Part shown: piece after piece, positions 52,194 through 64,000 of the stretch
How positions within the stretch are numbered: the first letter of the stretch is position 1
How the letters are laid out: every line of letters starts with the position of its first letter
Assembly (NCBI RefSeq): GCF_018977255.1
Contig: NW_024704743.1
Coordinates: forward strand, 72,852,001 to 72,916,000
Reading direction: 5' to 3'
Length of the DNA stretch: 64,000 nucleotides
DNA from: Callorhinchus milii
Lineage: Eukaryota
Notes under the pieces: generated by a model
Told to the model about the DNA's origin: nothing
Seen by the model: only the letters and a program-made list of their open reading frames with translations
Database searches by the model: none
Translations under genes and position numbers: made by a program

Positions 52194-54218
52194 TATTGTA
52201 GGGTGTTTGTAGCTGAATTCCATCCTTTGGAGTTAAAACATTATTTTTAGGGTTTGAGAATTCATTTCAAAGTAGTCCAAAAGATGGATTTGAAACTAAT
52301 GACAGGGATTTGTCAGCTGTTCACAGGGACAGAGATCAAAAGTAAAGAATTGAGCAAAAGAGAGAAGAGAATATATCACAGAATGCCTCACCAGTGTATA
52401 TAGTATATAGGTCATTCTACTCAAATCTACAAAAATTGATGTCACAAAAGGGCAGGTGTTACAAACTGGAAAATGTTCTCCTTGTATTTGGGTGAGGGAA
52501 AACAGAAGTACGTGTTTAATTCTAGTAATGGGGTTGTATGCGAGTCAAAGACTAGCTTGTGTGGTGTTCGGAATGCTTCTAGTCTGTAGTTTAAAATGGA
52601 GCACGCCTACTGAGCAATTGATGTGGCAGTCTTATTCAGTGAAGTACTAAGAGTGAGCCTTGGATATGATGCAGTTATCAAAAGAGCATAATTAAAATTG
52701 AATTACTGTAAATGGTAGATTGTAAAATCTAAGCTTTGCTTCCTGGAGATCTATACATTTTAAGCATAGCTCATATCTGGCCAAAATAACAGAATTACGT
52801 GGAGTGGTACACACACACACAGATGTCCACCATGAATGATCACTCAGCCTCACTCATATGCAAACCTAAATGCCATTTTTACAGGATTTCTTTTAAAGTA
52901 TATGAATTGTTTTTCTAACCTTGGTGGTGTCAAAATGTCCTTTTACTTCTATCATTAGCCTGCAATGTCACACTTTCTATTGAACCCTTATGAATGTGGC
53001 TTTCATAAAATAACAAATGCTACTCTCTAGCCACTCCCAGACATGAATAATATACAAATATGTTGTGGCATTGACACCCTGTGTCTGGCACCAGACAATC
53101 TACCGCTGAGCCAGACTCTTCCATCCACATGAAGCATTGCTGTCAGCAGTCTAATTTAGCATTTCAGAAAGGGGGAAGTCTTGGAAAATGGAATATGTTC
53201 TACTCTTTACCCATTAGTCTGCCTCCTGATTGTATTACACAACTCAAACCAGCCAGCAGAAACACAATATACAAAGCAGCATGTGAAAAGCTAAAAGAAT
53301 TGTATCAAGCTTGCGGAATAGTTCACAAGTCAAAGTCTCTGGAAATTACCTTCGCTACTGCAGACATGCAAAATCTCTGGAGCATTTTGCATTATGCTGA
53401 AATTCTATCAAATAAGGTACACAGAACAACGCCTATTTAGACCCCACAACATCTTGTGCTGTACATAATGATGTCATCTCAGGGATACTGACAGCTCCCA
53501 GCTGTGCAGAAGATCCCACACTGCACTCTAAATTTCCATTCTCCGCATTCTTTATCTCGGCCTTTCTGGAGCGCTGACTGATGAACTCAGTTTTATGGAT
53601 TAGTGTCTATTGGGATCTGGACTGTGACTGCCACAGACATCGGTGTTAGATCTAATCCTTTTTACTAGCAAATTGCAATCCTGCTTCCTCGGGGGTGATG
53701 AAACAGTGCTTTGAAACAGTGTTCAAAAAGCATTAACCTGAACAGATCAAAGCACAAATTAAAGTTGGAGAAAAATTACTGTTATGTACAGCAAACTTTG
53801 AAAAGTTGATTCAGAGTTAAAGAATGGTCCCACAATTACTTTATCAACATAGGCTGAACTTAAATACCTTCAAAATTTTGGTTGAAATATCACTTATATA
53901 AAGTCACAATAATCAACTCATCCAAAATTGAGCCAGAAAATCTCCAAAGCTATCAATCTTTTTAAAATCCTTTTAACGTTATCAATCTTTTTCAAAATGG
54001 CACTAGCTAGTGACATTTGCGGATTGGTTATGATACTACATTAGAATCCAAAGAGAATCCACAAAGATATTAGACATGCAAGTGTTCATGAGATAAGACC
54101 TCAATAACCTCTGATATTAAAACTATTTATTTCCAAAAAAATAATATGCATCCATAGAATGTGTTGCTCAGCACAGCAAATCTAGATTTGAGCAGTGAAC
54201 TCTATAAAAAGGAATACT

Positions 54219-54592
54219 GTGTCAACCTGCCTCAGTTGGTAGCACTCTTGCCGCTATATGAGAATTTGTAGGATCGAGCCCTTTGTTGACATGTTTGCTC
54301 GTCGTCTAAGTTAACACTCCAATGCTGTTTTTGGATGAGGTGATAAACCAAAGTCCCCTCTGCCTGTTCAGTGGATGTTGAAGATACCATGTTACTGTTC
54401 TTTCTCACTGGTATCCTGGCCTATATTTTTCCAAGTTAATCAGTCCTTCACCTAATTGGTCCATGGTTGTTTGTGACCTGTAAAATAGCTACTGCACTTG
54501 CCTAGGAATAGTCAGTACATTTGAATAATTACTTGTGATGCATTTTAAGACATTTTAACATAAGGTACGGTAAAAACGCAAGTTGTTTCTTT
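54219..54592 (+). mobile_element. Old family B SINE
   Basis: gtgtcaacctgcctcagttggtagcactcttgcc head; ctgcctgttcagtggatgttgaagataccatg core. Confidence 0.7.
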
Positions 54593-54767
54593 TTAGCTGC
54601 CACTTTAAATCTTTTTTTAAATACAAACACCTACAATATTATTTTAATGTGCTTATTCTCGCAAGGTTTCTCAGTCTCATAAGATCTTTCAGTAATAAAC
54701 AGTGTCGCATTAGGCTAAGATAGGAATTTACCCAGGGCAAGGAATCTCGGTCCTGAAAAATTAGGTG

Positions 54768-55079
54768 ATAATCCTTGCATTTGATATAGCGCTTTTCACA
54801 TCGGGAGGACGTCCCAAAGCGCTTCACAGAACACACTGTAAAGTGAATTGACTGTATATTTGTGGGCGAACGGGGCAGCCAATTGCGCACAGCAATGTCC
54901 CACAAACAGTCGTAGATTGAAAATGACCAATTTATTATTGTTTTTGGTTTTGGAGGGATTATTATTAGGCTCTGTGTGGAGTAAGGAAACTTGCCCAAGG
55001 TTTCGCCCTGCCTGGAATTGAACTCAGGTCTCTCGCTTGCAAAGCGAGTGCTCTAACCACTGAACTACAGGACTCCACA
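54768..55079 (-). mobile_element. Young family A SINE
   Basis: Near-identical to 35508-35829 and 48321-48656; candidate TSD gtgat. Confidence 0.92.
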
Positions 55080-57901
55080 GTGATGATGAGAGAAGCTACA
55101 ATACTTTGCATCATAATTCAAATAAGTGATTCAGTGTAAAGTAATGGATTAGTGGTATTTCAAAGTCAGATAAAGAATTCACTTTTTTTAAATCTATGAG
55201 CGGGTCTAGTTTATGTAGTACTCTTTATTAAATGCATTTTGCCCACAAAATATAAAGTCAATTCATTTTACAGTATATTATGTGAAGCGCTTTGAAACGT
55301 CTCATAGACTTGATAAGGGGTTATATTAATGCATTTGGTATTTCACTTTTCACAACAGGAGGATGTCTCAAAGCTCTTCATAGAATATACTGTAAACTGG
55401 GCAGTTTAGAATTTTGAGCATTAAATAATGTTGAACTAAATCACTTTCATGGGTTAATCGTACCCAATAGTACTGTCAACCAAACAGATAACCAACTATT
55501 AAATGAGCAATTAATGAGCAAAAATCTTCAAAATGACAAATTACTATTTTCCATCATTTTGGAATGCTATTAAGGTGCAACTAAACTATGATTTTGTGCT
55601 TCTATCTTTCAGGGAAATGGTTGAGCACAAATCTGGAGTAAAGATTATACTGCACATGCACCAGTTGGCATAAGTACTAGAATTCATTAGCTGTAATTAT
55701 TCCATTCACAGAGGAGTTTTAGGATTAGTTAGCAATCACTAATTTTTACAACCCAGCTAATAATGATTAAAATACAACATGTAATATATGGGACCATAAC
55801 AAATTGCATAAATGGAAATGATTCTCCATCCAACTATTCTAATAAATTATCTGACACAGGCGAGACATGTCCTACACGCACAAACAGTACTAAGCAAATC
55901 AAGGGATTATACTGTACATTTGCTAGAGGAATCACTGAGCGAAGATGTGGTCCATCTAGCCAGAACCATGCAGAAAGAGAAAGCACCAGACACATGGAGA
56001 CTTTGAAGTATTGCCTCTATATCTATCTTTTTCCCTCCTCTTCTAAAGGTACTGCCCTGTACAGTAAATCCTGCGAAACCCTTTGAGATTTCAGCGCCTT
56101 GGGACGTCCTCCCGACGTGAAAGGTGCTCAATAAATGTAATTTTGTTGTTGTTATCGTTCTTCTTCCTGATGTGAAAAGTGCTAACTCAAATGTAAGGAT
56201 TTCCTCTTATTATTTAAGGTGCTAACAAACAACAACAACAAAATTACATTTAGAGAGCGCCTTTCCTATTGGGAGGGCGTCCCAAAGTGCTGAAACAAAT
56301 GCATGGGTGCAATTTCAAAGCCATTTGTTCTCGCCCGATACATCAACAAAATAGCCAGTCTTCTAATGTGAGTCTCAGAAGTGAGTTGAGAAGGTAGTTT
56401 GAATATGGGAATATCAACGCCAAGGTTATCCAGACTTATATGGCTTTATGGCAATCATTTTACCAACTAAGTAAGCAATAGGAGGAAAGAGCTATTTTTA
56501 TTTTTAAAAAATCATTAAATATTAAAAGCTTTTCCAGCATCAAGAATAGGGCAAATTAGTAATGAAATTTACTTTTTAGTTGAAATTTTCTTTTTTAAAA
56601 AGAAAGTAAATGAGCGCTATTCATATTTTAAAAGGATGAAAATCTAACTTGCTGAAAAATGATGAGTACTTCCTAAACAAAACACGTCCTCATCATATCC
56701 TATGCTTATATGCACAGATCCTCAGATTGTTACAGCATTTCAGCCTCATGACACTCACCATTTTAGTCACCACTACATTCCAACTCATTCCAGTGGCACA
56801 GATTAGATTACAGTTTGACCACATCCTACGGTGGCTCACTTTAATAGGAACTGGTCTTTCAAACTAAGCCCAGATCAAGAAACCAACATCAAGCAGCTAC
56901 AACCTCAGATTAAGACTCAGAGAGAGACAAAAAAAAACGTAAAAATGTCATAATATTGAGTTTAAAGTGAATCTTAGCATAACTACAGACTGGAAAAGCT
57001 TTTTTTTTAATAAATAGGATGGTATTGGATGCAATACTAATTATGTTTCCTCTTCAACATCAAACAAGACATGAGCTAGAAAACATCACATAATGAATAG
57101 CTTGGAGACAGTTACAATGTTACATCATTATATTTTTAATGTGTATAATTGAAAAATATTTTTGAAATACATATAAACTCTAAAACTGTGGATGAGATTT
57201 CAACGTTGCACGTTTTAGAGTACATGGTTTTAAAAAGAAATCAATGTAGATTTCATTTAATTCTGTCTGCATCAGTGCCTTATGTAGTTTAAAATGATGG
57301 TTTGGATTTATTTCTGCTAACGTGGTACCTGTCCTACACTTGTTAAACTGCACAGCAATCCTCACAACACAACAATTACGTCTGCATTCCAGTCAGGATT
57401 GTACAGCAACACACATACATCACACACACCAATCATGGGCTTGCCTCGGTTCACTGCAATGGAAAATTTGTGACTCAAAACGGTGTGTTCCAATATCAAA
57501 TTGATTACCATGACAACCCAGTCCAACAGGAATAAATTCCACTTATGAGCTCTCGTTGTGCGCGCAACAGTTTTTCGCTTCCATTTCATTGTGGATGAAT
57601 CTTGGCTCCAGGGACATTGTTCCACTGTGTTGGGTGAATGGCGTGTGTTACCAGTTTTCAAGAGACAAAATAGAAGCAAACATGAGAGTGTTGTTTTCCT
57701 CTTTCTCACAATATACAGCACACTTGAAGGAACCTTTGATTTTGATTTTTTTTTGTTCTATGGACTATTCAGAACATCTTAGCACTATTCTGGTATATGT
57801 GTATGTTAGCTGTTACCATACAACAACTTCCATGTTTGCTATTAGTTCTCACATGCAAGTATGAACAAAAGCATAAGTGCTCTACAGGCATCCTTCATAA
57901 T

Positions 57902-58092
57902 ATAATAATAATAATCCCTGCAGTTGATATAGCGCTTTTCACGTCTTCTAGATGTCTCAAAGCGCTTCACAGAATACATTGTAAAGTGAATTAACTGTAT
58001 ATTTGTGGGCGAAAGTGGCAGCCAATTGTGCACAGCAGTGTCCCACAAACAGTCGTGGATTGAAGTGACCAATTTATTATTGTGATTTTTTT
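57902..58092 (-). mobile_element. Family A SINE 3' half
   Basis: Tail with the tagaa-loop variant plus Deu segment. Confidence 0.85.
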
Positions 58093-58872
58093 GGTATATT
58101 TGGTATATTTTGCTATATCAAATGCAAGGATTATTATTATTATCATTGTCTAAACGAATGCTCCAGAAATTGACGCTAGCTTACTGAACCACCATTTATC
58201 AACGAATGCTTTGATCTGTACAACTGTTTATACAACCGAGTATATTAGCTTCAGCAATCGTTTCCATTCAAGATTAGCAACTGAAATGCTTTTTTTGTTT
58301 CAAATAGCTGAGTAACAGATAGGAACCAGTCAGTGAAACCACAAACTACGAGAACACAGGATTACATTTGTATAGCGCCTTTCACGTCGGGAGGAAGTCC
58401 CAAGGCGCTGGAAGTGAGGGCATCTCAGAGTGGGAAGCCTGGTCCTTCCACAGATCATAACAAACTACAATAACTGGAACTCCACTTTACCCATTTATCT
58501 AATTCTCTATAAATATTCACAAAGGTAAACTGAACCTTGACGTGTCGTCTCATCTCCATTACTGAACTCTGGTCCGCTACCCTTCCTCTTTCTTCCCTCA
58601 AAAATTCAGAAGCATAGAAATCATCCCCTTCTTTAAATTAATTCAGTGTCTCAAACTATACTTATTCCCATAATGTTCAATTCTGTTCCCACCTATAATA
58701 CAACTGTTTCCTGAAAGAAATACTCAAAATTGCTATCAATTGGTGTCACAACAACAACGAACAACACCAACAACAAAAAACAACAAAAATTACAGTTGTA
58801 TACCGCCTTTCACGTCAGGAGGACATCCTAAGGCACTGATGTGTCAGCTCCACATCTCACTCCACTGTGACA

Positions 58873-59864
58873 AACAACAACAACAACAAGATTACACTTG
58901 TATAGAGCCTTTCACATCGGAAGGACATCCCAAGGCGCTGGACAGTGTACAGCATTTCAGACCCGACTGGGGTCAGAGGGGAGAAGGGAGGGGAGGGGAA
59001 GGGGGCTGAGCGATGGCATGGTCGAAGAGGAGGGTCTTGAGGTGGGACTTGAAGGAGGCTAAGGAGGGGGCGAGGTGGAGTGATTGGGAGATGGAATTCC
59101 AGAGGTTGGGGACAGAATGGCTGAAGGCTCTCCCACCAATGGTGGGGCGGGTGGGTTGGGGGACGTGCAGCAGGCCAGAGCCGGCTGAGCGGAGGGAGCG
59201 GGCGGTTTGGTAGGTGGTTAGGAGGTCACAGAGATAGGGTGGGGTGAGGCCATTGAGGGCTTTGTAAGTGAGAACCAGGATTTTGAACTGGATCCTCTGA
59301 AGGATAGGGAACCAATGGAGTCGGGCGAGAATGGGGGAGATGGGGACACAGAGTTTGGTGCGGGAGAGGACACGGGCTGCAGAGTTCTGGATTATCTGCA
59401 GTCTGTGGAGGGAGGAGTTGGGAAGGCTGACAAGCAGGGCGTGTGCATAGTCGAGCCTGGAGGTGATGAAGGCATGAACAAGAGTTTCAGCGGCCTGAGG
59501 GGTGAGGTAGTGGCGGAGTCGGGTGATGTTACGGAGGTGAGGGAAGGCAGAGCGGGTCATGGCTTGAATGTGGGGGAGAAGACAGTTGAGGGTCAAACAA
59601 GACACCGAGGTCCCTGACTGGCGGTGAGTTGTAGTGTGCAACCATGGAGGTTGATGTTGCCAGAGCCTGAGGTGCTGAGGCGCTGGCGTGAGCCAATCAG
59701 GAGGGCCTCAGTCTTGTTCACATGTAGGAAGTTTGCCCTCATCCAGGACTTGATGTCTGACAGGCAGTCTGTCAGGACAGCAGTGGTCCTGGAGTTGAGG
59801 ATGGAGGCAGGTGTCATCCGCGTACATGTGGAAGTTGACCCCATGACTGCGGATGATGTCACCA
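58873..59864 (-). mobile_element. 5'-truncated L2 LINE, same young family as 2175-3095
   Basis: ORF 58973-59641 is nearly identical to 2296-2889; YADD intact near 59813-59824; (CAA)n tail. Confidence 0.94.
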
Positions 59865-61249
59865 CAAAAGAATATTTATTCTCATCTGTCGTCTCACACA
59901 AAGCACAGGGCATTCATTTGGGACCAGTGTCCTCCAGTTCTGTCTGCTCAATATGAATTAATTACCCTTCAGTTCGAATTAAATGACTGAATTAAATTAA
60001 ATCCTATGTTTTTCTTTGGGAAAAGGGCAGATGAGTTTTAAGAGATTGAAGGTAAGGTCTCAACAAAATTAACTTCTTAAAATAAAACATTCATAAAATT
60101 TTATGCCATTCATTTGGTCTTCTGATAACATGAAGATCATTAACGGACATAATAAAATCAGATTCACATGCAATAAGCGAATCTGCTTAAATAAAACAAA
60201 TTTGCAAGAGGATTGCACAGCAGCAATTTTGCAGGTCTAAGTCGCATCGCTAGAGACAGGCATCAAACAGAGGTCAGGGACCTCCCCACAGAGATGGAAG
60301 GAAGGAAAAATAATAATGGAGCAAACAGCTTCTATGAGCCACATTTGTGCACACAAACACACTTCCTGACAACTGGTTCAGATCAGTGTGGGGGAATGAC
60401 TAGAAACAGGGCACCACTTTGACCTCTCAGCTGTAGATCCTATATAGCCTGGAGAGGCCAGAGGGGACAAGATAAGAGGATAAAATAACAATTTCTGTTT
60501 CCTCACAAATCATCACAGGAGTATTTGTTTTTTTAAATTAACACAATTTGTTCAATACTGGTAAATACTGGCAATCAGTAGGCATTTTGCGGTTCGATTA
60601 TTTGTTGTAAAATAACGGTTTGACTATCGTTACCAGCTATTTATAAACCACTGTACACATTATTAACCTCAGACTGTCCACCTTCCAACAGTCACATTAT
60701 CATTAACGTCTTACATTTCCTGACTTACGAGAATTGCCATAATTCAGAATCTGCAATTGTTGTTCGAATGACAGCACCAGAAGGGATACGTGATGTTCAC
60801 CAAATAGCTGAGTCCTGGCCAATTTATATTTTTCTACCCTAATGCATTCAACACTCTCATCCTTGACTGGCACTTTCCTCCAAACACTGTCCTCCAGCTA
60901 ACGCAATAGACCATGGATTCCTCCACCACCACATCCACTGACACAGTTACTCACTCAACCAGCCAGCAACAGGCATGCTGCAGGGGCCACCCAAAGGGAA
61001 CCTTGGTTTTGCCTGCTGTGAGGATTCAGCTTATTTCCTCTCACATACATACACACACAAATTAAAGGTTGAGTCCATTACATCTGGTGATATGCAACAT
61101 TTCTCATTAAATTTCTCTGGACTCAACCCCTTAAACTGTAGTTCTAAGGACACTGCATATATCTACAAGAAACAAATTATCTACAACATAACCCATCACG
61201 GAGTCAATTAATCTGTTCCATATTCTGGAAATGTGGTTTACTTGTTGTA

Positions 61250-61480
61250 GTGGTCTTTCACTACTTGAAAAGAGAATGGTCCGAGTGTCCTGGCTGACAA
61301 TCCCCCAGATTAAAAATTGGTCATTTAATTCATGACTGTTTGCACAACACTTCACTGTGCAAATTGGCTGCCTCGATTGCCTACCAATACACAATCATTA
61401 CACTTTCATAGTAAATCCTGTGAAGTACTTCGACCCTTCTTCCTGACATGAAACGTGTGAGATCAAATGCAAGTATTACT
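61250..61480 (+). mobile_element. Deu SINE 3' half, decayed
   Basis: gtgtcctggctgacaat...ctgtgcaaattggctgcc...tcaaatgcaagtattact. Confidence 0.65.
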
Positions 61481-62339
61481 ACAGTAAAGCTTACATAAGT
61501 CAATCAGTTGGGACCATTACATTTGACTTGCGTGAAGTCCGAGTTGCAGACAAACTGTAATATCAGTAGAAATTCCTATTTAATCAATAATCTACATGAT
61601 ACATGCTCAATTTAATGCACCTGGTACGTGCACATGTGTTGACGGGTCAGGACATAATTTCTCATAATTCAAGGTTTCTGGTAAATGAGGGAATAATGGA
61701 GGGAAGGGGAACAGTGTTACAAGTTAGAATGTGTAATATGAGTAGTGTAAAGAAATCTAAGTAGTTTCGATAGGAAACTGAATGGGACTTGGGTGAACGT
61801 ATGACTTGAGCGTTTATACAATTCATAAATACAAGACTTATGCGAGTTTTATTGTAGTGGCTCCTGTTGGATGGTGTCTGGGTGGGCATGCCAGTTGAGC
61901 AACAAACTGATCTCAACTGTGAATTCCCTTTGGTAAAATGCATTAAAACATGTGAATAATGACTACTTGGAGGTGAGGTGCTAGAAGACAGTTAGTACCT
62001 GTTGAACTGAACAACCAGGGAAGAAGAAAAGTCACTCAGAGAATTTAGGGAGCAAAAGGAATTAAAAAGCAATAAATCAGGCAAGCACATTTTTCACTTT
62101 GCTTTCAAGACAAAGATGCCTTTCGGAACAATAATTAGTTTCAATACATTCGTCCCCACAACTGATTTGTTTTAATTAACACTTAATTTTCTAAAATTAT
62201 ACCAGTTCCCAGTGCTCATTTTCTCACTTAAATCCCACTTCTAATTTCCACCTCAAAATGCAAACTCCGGTTATACAGGCAATGGATGTAAACAATGAGC
62301 ATAATAAGGTTATTCAACTGTGTGACATTCAGACACACG

Positions 62340-62570
62340 CAGTTTCTAGCATTGGTTCCTGAACAGCTATCATGAGTGAACTCTGGCTGATTTGCCCCTT
62401 CCTAGCCCAAGAGCGCTGAGGATCATGCTGTTTGCCCATGCTGCTGCTCTGTATTGAGATTAAATAATTTAGAACAGTCTAGGGATCAAACCTGGGAGCT
62501 TCTTGATCTACATAGTTCAGTTTCACACATAGCAGTGCTTTTTACCAAATGAGCTACCCGGAAAGCTAGC
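62340..62570 (-). mobile_element. Ancient tRNA-derived SINE, family unassigned
   Basis: Minus strand has gtagctcatttggtaaa (A-box-like) and ccaggtttgatccct (B-box-like); body unrelated to families A and B. Confidence 0.45.
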
Positions 62571-64000
62571 CAGTAGCACTTCAGCACGTAGATCACAGAA
62601 TGTGTTTGGCATTCAGATTAAAACAATGCACTCTCCATTCTTCCTGGAAATTGGTTAACTAATGATATCCATGAAATATATTCCTGTTAGATCCTGTGAA
62701 ACAGCATTAAACATTGTTAATTTGTAAATCTTCATAACGAACCCCCACTAATCATTCATTCAGCAATTGAAGCAAAACATGTTCAGCAAAAGGCAGATTG
62801 ACTTTCAGAATAGTGTGCATTGCTGAAAATCCTAAAGCTTTGTGTCAATTGACGTTGATATACAACTTTTCATATTAAATATTTCTCCTTAGGGAAAAAT
62901 ACATTTACATTACAAAAACACAAACACTATATTCAAACTAACAAGCTGTAAAGAGACAATGCCAAGCCAACATATATGAATAGAAGATATTTGTACAGAA
63001 TATGATGTAGATGGTTATTCCAACACTATAGTATGGAAACAGGCCATTTGGCCCAACTAGTCCATGCCGTTGTTGTTACTCAACATGAGCCTCCCCTTCC
63101 TGTTCTATACTCTTGTTTCCTCTCTCATAAATTCCTCTTATGCTTTACCAAATAGACCACTTCGCCAAATGGTAGCACAAGACATTAAATAAGTAGCACT
63201 TTAAAAACTTTAATTGTACTTCAAATAAATTAATTTTATAATCATTGAATATGTAAAAAAATGAAATCTTAAGGATTCAAATAGTTTGTCTAATTATTTA
63301 TTGAACACAACAATAAATTACATTTGTATGACGCCTTTCGCGCTGGGAGAACATCCCAAGGTGCTGTGGAAAATATAATATTGTAACCCACCCAGTATCA
63401 ACCAGCTATTCTTTCTCGAAAACCACAAAACTACCTTATTGAGTGTTGGGACTGCTGAAAGGAAGAAAATTCTAAGTGCATTTGTCTTTCCTTTCTTCTC
63501 CCAAGTATTAAATATTAAATCATCATACATGCTGTTCAATCTGCAATCCCGGTGGTGCAGAAATCAAGCTCAATCACACAATCTCATTGTTTCACAGGAA
63601 TTACAGGATTACACAACTTTTGACTAGTAACACACTAAAATGGATTAATGATGCGGTGCCAGAAGATGGCTTATTCATTACTTAGTCATCAAGATTGGGA
63701 AACCTGTCATCAACAACTTTCCATCAATGATCTTTTGCAGACAAAACAATGTAGTGTGTGGTTGTAAGGCATTCCTAAACCCTGGAAATAAGTTACCAAG
63801 TTAGCTAACACTTTTGGGGGTTGGCAGACATTTGTTCAATAGATGCATTCATTCACCAAATATCTGTAACTCAGGAATTTTCTGATAAGTGATCTCAATC
63901 ATACTGGTGTAATGCTAGTGGACACTTGGTCACCAAGGACATTTGTCCTTGCAGTTTGGAAAACAATGGTTCAGTACCATACTTTCTTAAACCAAACCAG

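Noticed and set aside
53081..53440. 119-aa ORF
   Set aside because: GTG start, no recognisable domain and no splice support
57362..57864. Cluster of overlapping ORFs with a few CpGs
   Set aside because: No coherent reading frame or known product; at most a possible regulatory or non-coding element

Overview
AT-rich vertebrate genomic DNA that looks intergenic or deep-intronic. I recognise no host protein-coding exon. Every ORF that resembles a real protein is a fragment of retrotransposon reverse transcriptase (CR1 or L2 LINE); the rest look like chance ORFs or translations of SINEs. The repeat content is CR1 and L2 LINEs, two tRNA-derived Deu-domain SINE families ending in an L2-type tail plus (TTA)n, a Penelope-like remnant and palindromic MITE-like elements. 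This mix suggests a cartilaginous fish, possibly a chimaera (inference, not verified). The most notable signals are in RNA structure and retrotransposition mechanics: (1) two decayed minimal hammerhead-ribozyme motifs in the inverted arms of a Penelope-like element; (2) at least seven ~60-90 bp L2 tail-only insertions that all begin at the 5' base of one RNA hairpin; (3) a compensatory base-pair change in that hairpin between the LINE and its SINE; (4) a tailless SINE with a target-site duplication; (5) tandem repeats templated at a CR1 5' junction; (6) unexplained long hairpins. Coordinates were read by eye and are approximate at decayed ends.
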